From: an uncultured Gammaproteobacteria bacterium
GTDB taxonomy: Bacteria; Patescibacteriota; Patescibacteriia; UBA10025; JAHIVO01
Length of the DNA stretch: 64,000 nt
Reading direction: 5' to 3'
NCBI GenBank assembly: GCA_964415025.1
Contig: CAYPXF010000006.1
Span: forward strand, 58-64,057
The position numbers and the translations under genes are program-made. The notes beneath the pieces were generated by a model, which made no database searches, had not been told where the DNA came from, and was given only the letters and a program-made list of their open reading frames with translations. This document shows, piece after piece, positions 28,825 through 37,964 of the stretch; the stretch's first letter is position 1, and each line of letters begins with the position of its first letter.

Positions 28825-31026
28825 TTATTCTGCGGTTTGATTCTCATTTTTCAATCCTTGTATTGCTTGTTTGATGCTCTCATTTTCAGGATTTCTCTCT
28901 TGGAGCTGGATTAGTACGGCCAGCGCTTCGTCGTCACGATCTAGTTGCTGGTATAGCTGTGCGATACGGAACCATACTTCGTCATCTGTCGGTACTGCCG
29001 CTACCACATCCAGATAAACCTGCAGCGCCTGTTCGCCGACTCCGGCCAATTCATAGGCCAGCGCTTTATTTATCAATGCTAAAGTAAAATCTGGTTTTAG
29101 TCTCCGAGCAGTGTCAAAGTGAACTATGGCCTGCTGTATTAACTGTTCAGCAAGATCAATATCCGTATGCATCACACTCTCTGCCCAGAGGAGCTGCGAG
29201 CGCCCCAGATTCAAACGCAATAGCGGATCATAGGGTGATAATGTAACAGCCTGATCATACGCTGCCGCTGACAACTCATCAACATTGGCAATCAGATTAC
29301 GCAGGGAGTCATACAATACTGCTTCTTGTTGGTACACATTGGCTTGCTGGGGGGCATAATGTTTAGCCTGCTTCATAGCGTCAACAGCCTGCTGCGAATA
29401 CTGCTGCAGTGTCTCTGCTGATGTCGTTTCATCAAGCGCCGCTAGCTGCGCGGCCGTAGCATATCCCTGGGACAGGGTGATGTAATATGCTGGAGGATAT
29501 GGATTAAGGCTGATGGCCTGTTGTAAATCATCCGCAATCGTCGTAATAGCGGCCTGCTTCTGGATATGCTGCTCGGCTTGCCAAAACGCGTGGTCTGCCA
29601 GCCATATACGAATTCCAAAATAGCCCGCACCTAAGGTGGCAAGCACCATAACCGCCGCGCCCCCAACAGTGGCCCAGCGGCACCATTTGGATGCCGACCA
29701 CTTTTGAAACCGTACACGAATAAACGGCGTCAGCATACGGGCTACCAAGGCAGTCAGCAGCCACCACAGAAAATGCAGGATAAAAGTAAACGGTAACAGC
29801 CACGACGCCACAAATATAATCAGCCACAAACTGAATACAAACAGCTGCGTATACCAGGCACGGTCAGTAGTCGGTGATTGGATAATTGTTCGCACAGCGG
29901 CATATCCTACCCACAGCATAAATACGAGCAGCGCCAGCGTGGCTACAGGACCGATAGTCGCTATGTATTCCAACCACACGCTACCGCTTTTTTGGAACGT
30001 AGACCGCCACATATCAGTCGTATTAAAAGACACGGGCCGCTCTGCCTGGAACGCGTATATAAATGACTGCGGTCCATAGCCAGTGAGCGGTTTGCTTAAT
30101 AAACTATTTCCGGCGATTTCCAGAGACGTGGCTTGGTCGAGTAAAACACTGGTACTGACTTCTGGATCGGGCAATACATCACCATCCAGCACTGCACCGA
30201 GTAGCGCCAAGGCGCTAAACAATACTAAAGTCGCCATAATCCGCGCGGCAACCATGCGCCAGCGCGCCAAACATGCGCCAATCATAAAGGCTCCGGTAAT
30301 CAGCATGGCGTACCAGGCCGGATTTTTATCCAGAAAAAAGAGTAACCCCAGGCCGGCCAGCGCCAGGAGGCCCGCCAGTACACGCTGCCACAGCCGCTGG
30401 CTAATAACCAGCCAGCCCAGCGAGGCTACGGCGCCTATTCCGACAACAACCGCCAGCGATGCCGAAGAATTACTAACCAAATAAAATCTAATCTGCTCCC
30501 ATATACTCCCCAGGGGTATATGATAGCCAAAAATATGAAACAGGTTATAGAGTGCCGCTGCTGACAGCGAAACTGTTAGTGCGACAAACAACTTCGTAGC
30601 ATCACCTGACGAACGGATAGAGTGGATAATTAAATAAAAAAATACAACGAAACACAGCGTTACTATCAGCCCGTTACTGAAATAGCCGTTCAGGCCTACA
30701 GCGCTGACATAGTAATTCGGACTGAAGATAAATGAAATCAGCACTAATACCAGCCATATCCCAATCGGCCACCACAGTCTGGTCTGGAGCCAAGCCGGCT
30801 GTCTGCTGCGGACCATGCCGGAGACATACAGCGCGGCCACGAACAGGACAGCCACAACAAACAGAAGGGTCTTATTGAGCTCCATGGGATAGCTGGTTTG
30901 GGGCAGGAACAACAGCGGCACTAAGCCAACCAGAATAATCAGACACCAGCGAACTGCCGCTAGCCAGCGATTAAACGTTGCCGCCCGGGGATGGAATAAG
31001 CGCTGTCGCCACTGTCCGATGCTCAT
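28825..31026 (-). CDS. O-antigen ligase (Wzy_C)-like polytopic membrane protein with C-terminal TPR repeats
   Basis: About 12 TM helices with a Wzy_C-like periplasmic loop. The C-terminal ~280 aa has TPR-like repeats (AAYDQAVTLSPYD.., ALAYELAG..). Confidence 0.65.
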   Translation of the reverse strand: MSIGQWRQRLFHPRAATFNRWLAAVRWCLIILVGLVPLLFLPQTSYPMELNKTLLFVVAVLFVAALYVSGMVRSRQPAWLQTRLWWPIGIWLVLVLISFIFSPNYYVSAVGLNGYFSNGLIVTLCFVVFFYLIIHSIRSSGDATKLFVALTVSLSAAALYNLFHIFGYHIPLGSIWEQIRFYLVSNSSASLAVVVGIGAVASLGWLVISQRLWQRVLAGLLALAGLGLLFFLDKNPAWYAMLITGAFMIGACLARWRMVAARIMATLVLFSALALLGAVLDGDVLPDPEVSTSVLLDQATSLEIAGNSLLSKPLTGYGPQSFIYAFQAERPVSFNTTDMWRSTFQKSGSVWLEYIATIGPVATLALLVFMLWVGYAAVRTIIQSPTTDRAWYTQLFVFSLWLIIFVASWLLPFTFILHFLWWLLTALVARMLTPFIRVRFQKWSASKWCRWATVGGAAVMVLATLGAGYFGIRIWLADHAFWQAEQHIQKQAAITTIADDLQQAISLNPYPPAYYITLSQGYATAAQLAALDETTSAETLQQYSQQAVDAMKQAKHYAPQQANVYQQEAVLYDSLRNLIANVDELSAAAYDQAVTLSPYDPLLRLNLGRSQLLWAESVMHTDIDLAEQLIQQAIVHFDTARRLKPDFTLALINKALAYELAGVGEQALQVYLDVVAAVPTDDEVWFRIAQLYQQLDRDDEALAVLIQLQERNPENESIKQAIQGLKNENQTAE

Positions 31027-31862
31027 GAAGTAATTTTCCTGATAATTTCCTTGAGATCGTCTGCCGAGTAAAAATGGATCCGCACCGTGCCCTGCTGACC
31101 CTTTTTATCAATATCAACTTTTGTGCCCAGGGCCTCCTCGAGCGACTGCTCGTGCGCGGCCAGATTCGGGTCTTTACTTGTACGGCGGTGTTTGCGCACC
31201 GTCACTTTCCGCGCCGCCTGCTCGGTCGAACGCACGCTCAATTTATTATCTAGAATATGGCGGAATATCTTTTTCTGTTCTGCCGGATCCTTCACTCCCA
31301 GAATCACCTTAGCATGGCCCTCGGTAATTCTTACATCACGGAGCGCTTGCTGGATTTCCGTCGGCAGGGTAAGCAGGCGCAGCGTATTACTGATGGCCGC
31401 GCGGCTCTGGCCGACGCGCTTGCCGACCTGTTCCTGGGTAATACCAAACTCTTCGATCAGCCGGTGGTACCCATAGGCTTTTTCGAGCGGATTAAGGTTT
31501 TGGCGCTGGACGTTCTCCACCAATGCCAGTTCTAGCTTTTCCTGCTCTGACGCTGTCCGCACCACAGCCGGAACTGCCTGCAGCCCGATCATTTTAGCCG
31601 CCCTGAAGCGCCGTTCTCCGGCAATCAACTGGTATGCATTGCCCTCTTTGACCACTACGAGTGGCTGGATAATGCCGTGTTCTTTAATCGAGTTGATTAA
31701 TGCTTCCATGGAATCACGGTCAAAGTTTTCGCGTGGCTGCTGTGTATTCGGGGTAATTACCTTAATATCGATTTCTTTAACCGCGTCGTCTGACGGTATA
31801 GTGCTGGTATTGTCAGCGCCTGGTATGAGTGAACCGAGTCCGCGGCCTAAAGTCTGTGTCAT
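31023..31862 (-). CDS. parB: chromosome partitioning protein ParB
   Basis: ParB box (GERRFRAA), HTH and C-terminal dimerisation region. 4-nt overlap with the downstream gene. Confidence 0.9.
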   Translation of the reverse strand: MTQTLGRGLGSLIPGADNTSTIPSDDAVKEIDIKVITPNTQQPRENFDRDSMEALINSIKEHGIIQPLVVVKEGNAYQLIAGERRFRAAKMIGLQAVPAVVRTASEQEKLELALVENVQRQNLNPLEKAYGYHRLIEEFGITQEQVGKRVGQSRAAISNTLRLLTLPTEIQQALRDVRITEGHAKVILGVKDPAEQKKIFRHILDNKLSVRSTEQAARKVTVRKHRRTSKDPNLAAHEQSLEEALGTKVDIDKKGQQGTVRIHFYSADDLKEIIRKITS

Positions 31863-31872
31863 AATATTTGTA

Positions 31873-32655
31873 TTAAATAATTACTGGAGACTGTGTTTCC
31901 TGCTCTAGTATTTCCCGGGCCAGCCGTTGGTATGCTTTAGCGCCGGGTGAGCGCTTATCATAATGCAAAATACTCTTCCCAAAACTGGGCGCCTCGGCCA
32001 GCTTAACGTTCCGCGGAATCACTGTCCGGTAAATTGTGTCTGGAAAATACTGGTACAGCTCGTTAAAAACTTCCTTGGTCAGCTTATTGCGGTCGTCATA
32101 CATAGTCATGACGGCGCCGGCGATTTTCAGATCTGGTTTGAGATGTTTTTGTACCAGCTTAATCGTTTCCATGAGCTGGCTTAACCCCTCCAGCGCATAA
32201 TACTCTGTCTGCACCGGTATGATAACTTCTTCTCCGGCGGCCAGACCATTAATCGTCAGCAAACATAGTGACGGCGGACAATCAACAATAATATAATCAT
32301 ACTCATTGCGCACTTCGAGCAGGGCGTTATGGAGCCGAAATTCCCTCATTTCCATGTCTACTAATTCAACGCGAGCACCGGCCAGATCAGGATTTGCCGG
32401 CGCTACCCGCAACCCGTCTACCCGCGTAGGTGTGATGACCTCCTTGATTGATTGGCCGCCGACTAAGGGATGGTACACCCCCTGGGGTATATTCTTATAA
32501 TTAATACCTAAACCAGACGAAGCATTGCCCTGCGGATCTAGATCAACCAGCAGCACAAATTTACCAGCCTGTGCCAGAAATGCGGCAACATTAACAGCAG
32601 TCGTGGTCTTTCCTACTCCTCCTTTTTGGTTTACAAGCGATAAAATACGTGTCAT
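31873..32655 (-). CDS. parA: chromosome partitioning ATPase ParA (Soj)
   Basis: Deviant Walker A KGGVGKTTTAVNVAA. ParA family, 260 aa. Confidence 0.9.
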   Translation of the reverse strand: MTRILSLVNQKGGVGKTTTAVNVAAFLAQAGKFVLLVDLDPQGNASSGLGINYKNIPQGVYHPLVGGQSIKEVITPTRVDGLRVAPANPDLAGARVELVDMEMREFRLHNALLEVRNEYDYIIVDCPPSLCLLTINGLAAGEEVIIPVQTEYYALEGLSQLMETIKLVQKHLKPDLKIAGAVMTMYDDRNKLTKEVFNELYQYFPDTIYRTVIPRNVKLAEAPSFGKSILHYDKRSPGAKAYQRLAREILEQETQSPVII

Positions 32656-32699
32656 AGATATAGGTATAGTATAGCAGAAAATCGCTTACCATTCGACTG

Positions 32700-32901
32700 T
32701 AAATATGCAGTGCCCGCTTATATAGATGACCAATTACAGAATCGAATGATACAGAAATCGGGGGCATATTTGTGCTCGTTCATGCCGAGATGGAATTTTC
32801 ACGGTTTGCCCCAGGTAGACCTTGCCCTGGGCAGCTTTGAATGCTCCCAGGGTCGCATTCATCGATACCCCCCCGCCCAAGAAGGCGGGTCTTTTCTGTC
32901 C
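32700..32901 (+). ncRNA. candidate small structured RNA: three hairpins ending in an intrinsic terminator (CCCGCC caagaa GGCGGG + UCUUUUCU) with no plus-strand gene upstream
   Basis: Seen directly: hairpins at ~32809-32831 and 32839-32860, terminator at ~32872-32901. The overlapping 124-aa plus ORF (32710..33084) is not protein-like and overlaps a tRNA. Confidence 0.35.
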
Positions 32902-33021
32902 GTTCAAATCCTACAAAGCGCAAAACGCCCTCTCTTTTCAGTTAGGGTTACGCCACTGCAATTTATGGTATGCATAGTAGATTCTAACCCACGTCCTCGG
33001 GCTTGCCTGCCCGCCGGGCCA

Positions 33022-33095
33022 TACCTGGGGCCGGACTCGAACCGGCGACCTAAGGCTTATGAGTCCTTCGCTCTAACCAACTGAGCTACCCAGGC
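33022..33095 (-). tRNA. tRNA with CAU anticodon (elongator Met or lysidine-modified Ile2), no encoded CCA
   Basis: Folded by eye. Acceptor GCCTGGG/CCCAGGT, D-arm GCTCAGTTGGTTAGAGC, anticodon loop CTCATAA, T-arm GCCGGTTCGAGTCCGGC. The 31:39 position is mismatched. Confidence 0.8.
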
Positions 33096-33100
33096 TCGGC

Positions 33101-33149
33101 CTGGCAGGCGGATTAGTCCCGCGCTCTAACCGATTGAGCTACTCTGTCC
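33101..33149 (-). pseudogene. truncated tRNA-like fragment (5' acceptor strand + D-arm + non-canonical anticodon-like arm; no T-arm or 3' acceptor)
   Basis: GGACAGAGTAGCTCAATCGGTTAGAGCGCGGGACTAATCCGCC.. abuts the 5' end of the CAU tRNA 5 nt later. Its flanks (CCTGCC / GGCAGG) are complementary across the CAU tRNA. Confidence 0.5.
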
Positions 33150-33204
33150 TGTTTCCAAAAATGACGGATAAGGCATGAACCGTTATACTGGGCTTATTGT
33201 TTTT

Positions 33205-33279
33205 TGGTTGCCGGGGTGGGATTCGAACCCACGACCTCGGGATTATGAGCCCCGCGAGCTGCCACTGCTCTACCCGGCG
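33205..33279 (-). tRNA. initiator tRNA-fMet (CAU), CCA encoded
   Basis: Near-identical in layout to E. coli tRNA-fMet: C1:A72 mismatch, G-C-rich anticodon stem CGGGG-CTCATAA-TCCCG, T-arm GTGGGTTCGAATCCCAC, 3' ACCA. Confidence 0.9.
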
Positions 33280-33388
33280 ATATAGTTTATAAGTATTCTT
33301 TGGTATTATAGTTGACTTACGAAGATAATGCAAATACTTATGCCGCAGACGGGAGTTGCCGTGACCGCTGCCCTCGCGGCAGCTACGG

Positions 33389-33446
33389 TGGCCGAGAAAT
33401 TCACGCGATCTTGCGATCACGGAATTTTGAGTCCCGCGTGCCCGGC
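33389..33446 (-). pseudogene. degenerate partial copy of tRNA-Leu(CAA): acceptor stem + anticodon arm retained, D-arm and T-arm deleted
   Basis: GCCGGGC-ACGC-GGGACTCAAAATTCCG..GATCGCAAGATC..TTTCTCGGCCA aligns to the adjacent intact tRNA-Leu (GCCGAGA..ACGCACAGGACTCAAAATCCTG..CTCTCGGCA) with internal deletions. Confidence 0.5.
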
Positions 33447-33477
33447 ATGTATTATGCGACCCGCCTGCCAGTGCCTC

Positions 33478-33561
33478 TGCCGAGAGGGAGAGTCGAACTC
33501 CCATGAGGTTGCCCCCGCAGGATTTTGAGTCCTGTGCGTCTACCAATTCCGCCATCTCGGC
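33478..33561 (-). tRNA. tRNA-Leu (CAA), type II with long variable arm
   Basis: Acceptor GCCGAGA/TCTCGGC, D-arm GGCGGAATTGGTAGACGC, anticodon loop CTCAAAA, long variable arm, T-arm GGGAGTTCGACTCTCCC. Confidence 0.85.
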
Positions 33562-33691
33562 ACAGGCAGAGGCGGGCAGGTCTGACAATTACGCTACTCC
33601 GGCTTGTGAAGCATATTGTAGTAAAATAATAAATATTTGTCAATTATCAACTAGTATTGATTTAAATAGCATTAATGAATACAATATAAAC

Positions 33692-34210
33692 ATGTTCGCG
33701 ACTACCCATGTCTTAGCCAGTGTTGTTATTAGCCAGCACACGCCAACCCCGTGGTGGGCCTTTTTCGTTTCACTGCTGTCACATTATCTTCTCGATCTCA
33801 TCCCACATGGCGATCGCCCTATTGACGAATGGTTGCAAAAAGGAAATTATTTTAAAAAGGGTCTGACAATTATGGCTACTGATTTACTCTTGATCGCCCT
33901 GATCTTTACCACCTTTGCCCAACGTATGAGCCTGCCCCCGCCTCCGGTCTTGGCTGCGGCGGTGATTGGCGGTATGCTTCCTGATGTGCTCTGGATTGTA
34001 TATGAACTTTATAATCGGTATTTAAAACGATTCAAATTTTTACGGCGAGGGCTGCTTTTTTTGCCGACGGTTCTCGACCATCATCGGCGTATCCATAATT
34101 TTATTGATCACTCCCCTATTAATCACAAACTTTCACCTAACGGTATTGGGGTGGCAATACAGGTTTTATTTTTGGCAATTTTTATCATCCTGGCGCTGCA
34201 TCCGCGCTAA
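33692..34210 (+). CDS. membrane-bound metal-dependent hydrolase-like protein (DUF457/YdjM-like)
   Basis: Started at the first ATG downstream of tRNA-Leu; the ORF-track N-extension overlaps the tRNA. Polytopic protein with LLDLIPHGD and His-rich loops. Confidence 0.5.
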   Translation: MFATTHVLASVVISQHTPTPWWAFFVSLLSHYLLDLIPHGDRPIDEWLQKGNYFKKGLTIMATDLLLIALIFTTFAQRMSLPPPPVLAAAVIGGMLPDVLWIVYELYNRYLKRFKFLRRGLLFLPTVLDHHRRIHNFIDHSPINHKLSPNGIGVAIQVLFLAIFIILALHPR

Positions 34211-34451
34211 CTCGACTCCATAATAATAGGGCAATGATGAATAAGGCGATACTGACCCATTGACCAAGCTGCAGCCCTACGAATGACGGCGTCGTACAAG
34301 ATACCTTTGGCTGATTACGGGTATTTAATCAATAGCGGCCACACCAGTAAACATGCTACTGCTAGAAAAATTGATAAAAATATGTTATACTTCATCATAC
34401 GGTATCCCGTTAGGGTCGTTGCAATACTTTTTAAGCCACTAAAAAACTATT

Positions 34452-34793
34452 ATGCCATCACCAGAGCGTGACCCACGAATCCTTGTCAATAGTGAGGGAT
34501 CGGCCAGGGCAGAAAATGAAATTGATAAACTAAAAAACGAACGCAGCTTCTTTGAGGAGAAACGAAGAGAAGCAGACTCCGATCGAGAACGGCAGCTATA
34601 TGATAAATTAATTAATACAACGGAAGAACTAGAAAAGCAAATAGAGAATATGACCGACGAAGAGCAACGTCAGTGGGCTGTAGAGCGGATGGCTGAGTTC
34701 AAAGGAGGCCACGAACAATATAAACAAATGACTGATGCTGAGTATGAGAAATGGATCCAACAACGCCAAGCCGATCTGAACCAGCGCCTATAA
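34452..34793 (+). CDS. hypothetical charged coiled-coil protein (113 aa)
   Basis: ATG start, Glu/Lys/Arg-rich heptad-like sequence, no known domain. Confidence 0.45.
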   Translation: MPSPERDPRILVNSEGSARAENEIDKLKNERSFFEEKRREADSDRERQLYDKLINTTEELEKQIENMTDEEQRQWAVERMAEFKGGHEQYKQMTDAEYEKWIQQRQADLNQRL

Positions 34794-34869
34794 GAAATAC
34801 TAAATCGCTCCACATAAAAAACGGTGATCGAGGTAATTATGTAACAGACTAGAAGGCACCGATGGCTGG

Positions 34870-35658
34870 CTAGGGGTGTTTGGCTAATAGCCGATACAAA
34901 AAAGAATAACCCGCGCTGATGATCACTATAATGCTAATCCACTGCGTCACGAGCAGTGGGCCGATTTGTGGGTGATCGATACGGAAAAAGTCCAGGGCAA
35001 AACGGACAATGCCAAACAGGAAAAAGTAAACGAGTGTCAGCATTCCCGGGCGCCAGTCATATCGCCGTGACACATACCACAACATCCCGAATACCGCTAC
35101 CATGGCTAGCGATTCATACAGAAAGATCGGATGAAAATGTGTAGCCTCGATGAACTCACCGAGTCGGTTCGTAATGGAAATAGGAATACCCCACGGCAAG
35201 TCAGTGGGCGGTCCATATAGCTCCTGATTAAAATAATTCCCCCAGCGGCCAATAGCCTGCATCAGCGGTACACCAACTACCATCACATCGGTCATGCGCC
35301 AGAAGGAAAGGTGCTGGCGATGGCAGTAGACAGCTGCTGTGATCAGGCAGGCTATCAGCACACCATGAAATGCCAATCCACCCTCCCAAATACGCAATAT
35401 GGAAACAGGCTGACTGATATAATACGGCCACTCGGCTATCACATGAGCGATCCGTCCGCCGATCAAGCCGGTAGGTAATAAGAGTAAAAACAGGTTATAC
35501 ACGTGGTGTGTACTAACCTGTTTTTGTCTGGCTCGAAATATACTAACACCAAGTCCAGCAACAAGAGCGGTAACAATAATTATCCCATACCAGTATATAT
35601 TCCACGGACCAATGGCAACCGCGACTGCTCCTGGCTGATTAGTAAACAGCCAGTCCAT
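34870..35658 (-). CDS. lgt: prolipoprotein diacylglyceryl transferase
   Basis: Seven TM segments with the Lgt signature (YGLxxxxG, GGRIAHV.. region). 262 aa. Confidence 0.85.
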   Translation of the reverse strand: MDWLFTNQPGAVAVAIGPWNIYWYGIIIVTALVAGLGVSIFRARQKQVSTHHVYNLFLLLLPTGLIGGRIAHVIAEWPYYISQPVSILRIWEGGLAFHGVLIACLITAAVYCHRQHLSFWRMTDVMVVGVPLMQAIGRWGNYFNQELYGPPTDLPWGIPISITNRLGEFIEATHFHPIFLYESLAMVAVFGMLWYVSRRYDWRPGMLTLVYFFLFGIVRFALDFFRIDHPQIGPLLVTQWISIIVIISAGYSFLYRLLAKHP

Positions 35659-35665
35659 ATACTAA

Positions 35666-36445
35666 TTATTTTACTTCTTCGAGCGCTGCATCAATGGCTG
35701 CGGTAAAAGCTGACAATGGCTGCGCGCCAGAAATAAGCGTACCGTTAATAAAGGTGGCCGGCGTACCGCTGACACCGTTCTGTGATCCCTGGTTAAAGTC
35801 ATCTTTGACGGCCTGGGCGTATTTACCCTCGTCCAGACACGAATTAAACTGGCTGGAATTCAGTCCTAATTCTTTTGCCGCTGCCTTATAATTGTCTATA
35901 GTAAGTCCGTCCTGCTCATTTAGCTCATACAGTTTATCATGCATGGCCCAAAACTCACCCTGCTCACCGGCGCATTCAGCAGCCTCGCCAGCTTTTTGGG
36001 CCTGGGGATGAAACGAGAGAGGGAAGTGACGGTAGACTAACCGTACCTGATCACCATACTCTTCTAAAATTTGTTCCAGGGTAGGCTGGACACTAAAGCA
36101 GTATGGACATTCAAAATCAGAATACTCCACTAATGTTACCGGTGCGTCGGCATTACCGCGAATATGATCATCATCAGCAACCTGAATATCGGCAACAACT
36201 GGAGCGGGTTCTGGGGTTGGTTGTGGTGCGGGTGCCGTATCTTCTGCGCCCGCCACCCTAGCATTACTATTGGTATTGGCTGTAGCAGTATCGCCAATAT
36301 TAGCTTTTAGAATTGAATAATTAAGGCCAAAGGCGGTCAAAGCGGTTATTGTAATACCGACTAAAATACCCATAATAAATGATATCTTGGGCGGCGTGCG
36401 GAAAACCACGTGCTGGGCTTCCTCATTATTATTATTGTTTGACAT
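35666..36445 (-). CDS. DsbA-like thioredoxin-fold thiol-disulfide oxidoreductase, N-terminal membrane anchor
   Basis: CPYC active site in a DsbA/thioredoxin fold, with TM anchor and Pro-rich linker. Started at ATG 36445; the ORF-track start at 36475 is an alternative codon. Confidence 0.75.
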   Translation of the reverse strand: MSNNNNNEEAQHVVFRTPPKISFIMGILVGITITALTAFGLNYSILKANIGDTATANTNSNARVAGAEDTAPAPQPTPEPAPVVADIQVADDDHIRGNADAPVTLVEYSDFECPYCFSVQPTLEQILEEYGDQVRLVYRHFPLSFHPQAQKAGEAAECAGEQGEFWAMHDKLYELNEQDGLTIDNYKAAAKELGLNSSQFNSCLDEGKYAQAVKDDFNQGSQNGVSGTPATFINGTLISGAQPLSAFTAAIDAALEEVK

Positions 36446-36510
36446 AGTATAATTTGTATAGTTAATTATCCTCAAACATATACACTATTGTACCAAAAAA
36501 TAAGAGTGTG

Positions 36511-37263
36511 TCAAGATCCTTGGCCATATATGCTGATCAGCTCATCGAGGACGGTCTTAAAATTCTCCACAGATACTGCCCCCGTGAATTCCTGACCGTT
36601 AATAAAAAAGGTCGGCGTACCGTCAACCCCAGCAAAATAACCATCGCTAAAATCTTTATTCACTTCAGTCTCATATTTTCGGCTGGTCAGACAAGTATTA
36701 AACTGTATTGGATCAGGAATTTCAATTTCCCTTGCATAGCGCTGTAATGCATTCAGGCTTAAATCGTCCTGGTTTATGAACATTTTATCATGCATCGGCC
36801 AAAACATATCCTGTTCATGAGCGCATTCGCCAGCTTCTGCTGCGATTTGGGCCTGCGAATGCAGGCTGGTCAGCGGAAAATCACGATAAATAAATTTTAC
36901 CCTATCTTCGTATTGGCTTATTATTTCACGGACAACCGGGAAAGACTGGCGGCAGTACGGACATTGGAAATCAGCAAATTCAACAACAATAATAGCCGCA
37001 TCATCAGGCCCCTTATACGGATCATCGGTAGTGGCCAGAGTTTTAGACTGTGTTGTATCGGACTCAAGTGATGCAATATTTTGGCGTACTAAAAAATAAA
37101 AGTACCCGCCCCCGACCAATACCAGTATCAGTACGATAATCGCCACAATCCATGGCCAGCGCCGTTTATGCTGCGATGACACTGGCACTGCGGATTGTGA
37201 TGGTGCAGGTGATGGCCGCATGCTAGGGGAAGAGCCGTTTTCCTTCATCATCGTAGATTTCAA
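36511..37263 (-). CDS. second DsbA-like thioredoxin-fold oxidoreductase (paralog), N-terminal membrane anchor
   Basis: CPYC motif in a DsbA fold. Tandem with the previous paralog. Confidence 0.75.
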   Translation of the reverse strand: MKSTMMKENGSSPSMRPSPAPSQSAVPVSSQHKRRWPWIVAIIVLILVLVGGGYFYFLVRQNIASLESDTTQSKTLATTDDPYKGPDDAAIIVVEFADFQCPYCRQSFPVVREIISQYEDRVKFIYRDFPLTSLHSQAQIAAEAGECAHEQDMFWPMHDKMFINQDDLSLNALQRYAREIEIPDPIQFNTCLTSRKYETEVNKDFSDGYFAGVDGTPTFFINGQEFTGAVSVENFKTVLDELISIYGQGS

Positions 37264-37432
37264 TAGCTTGTGTCGGGCAGGACCGCGCTGCGTCCAGTAT
37301 CGTATCCTCGTCAGCGCCTTGGGGATCCTTGAGCACTACCTTGCCCTCATCATCCAGGGCAAAAACATCCGGGGCAATTGCCACGCACGTCCCGGCAGAA
37401 ATACATTTGTCGCGTAGTAATTTAATTTTCAT
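37223..37432 (-). CDS. small single-cluster ferredoxin (3Fe-4S/4Fe-4S type)
   Basis: CISAGTC...CP motif; about 69 aa from the first ATG. Overlaps the DsbA-2 start by ~40 nt. Confidence 0.7.
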   Translation of the reverse strand: MKIKLLRDKCISAGTCVAIAPDVFALDDEGKVVLKDPQGADEDTILDAARSCPTQAIEIYDDEGKRLFP

Positions 37433-37451
37433 ACGCAATATAATTACTTAA

Positions 37452-37952
37452 TTATTTATCCTCTTTGCCACGCGATGCGAGCTGGCGGTCCAGCATATAA
37501 AGCGCACTGGCATTATCCCCCACCTGACGGAGCATCTCCACGATTTCCAAGGTACTGGATTCCTCCTCTACCTGCTCGTCAATAAACCACGTTAAGAATT
37601 GCTCAAACGCGTAGTCTTTTTCATTCTGCGCCAGCGCATACAAATCATGGATCATGCCCGTGACTTTTTGCTCATGCTCATAGGCTAGTGAGAAGGCCTT
37701 AACAGGATCAGGAAATGTGGCCGGCGGCTGGTTAATAGCCTTCAGCTCGGGCTTCCCGCCGACATCAAACAAAAAGTTATAAAATTTCATCGCGTGCTCA
37801 ACTTCTTCGGCTGCTTGCTGCTGGAGCCAGCTGGCAAAACCTTTCAGATTATTCTCCTCATAGTGTGCTGCCAGTGCCAGATAGAGATACGCTGAATACA
37901 GCTCGGCATTGATTTGGTTATTTATCGCGTCTTGAATTTTTTTATTTACCAT
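37452..37952 (-). CDS. non-heme ferritin (ferritin-like diiron domain)
   Basis: Ferritin four-helix-bundle ligand pattern (E..EEVEH, E..QF). Confidence 0.8.
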   Translation of the reverse strand: MVNKKIQDAINNQINAELYSAYLYLALAAHYEENNLKGFASWLQQQAAEEVEHAMKFYNFLFDVGGKPELKAINQPPATFPDPVKAFSLAYEHEQKVTGMIHDLYALAQNEKDYAFEQFLTWFIDEQVEEESSTLEIVEMLRQVGDNASALYMLDRQLASRGKEDK

Positions 37953-37964
37953 ATAGTTTGTCAG

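Noticed and set aside
32710-33084. 124-aa plus-strand ORF between parA and the tRNA cluster
   Set aside because: It overlaps the CAU tRNA and the structured-RNA region. Its composition is not protein-like, so I treat it as RNA, not CDS.
33098-33150. Reading the tRNA fragment as a functional suppressor or odd-anticodon tRNA (CUA or AAU)
   Set aside because: It lacks a T-arm and 3' acceptor strand. Its anticodon-loop candidates lack U33 and the R37 context, so it is a pseudogene or fragment.
33503-33691. N-terminal 63 codons of the 33503..34210 ORF
   Set aside because: It overlaps tRNA-Leu and its spacer. The first ATG after the tRNA (33692) begins a plausible membrane protein.
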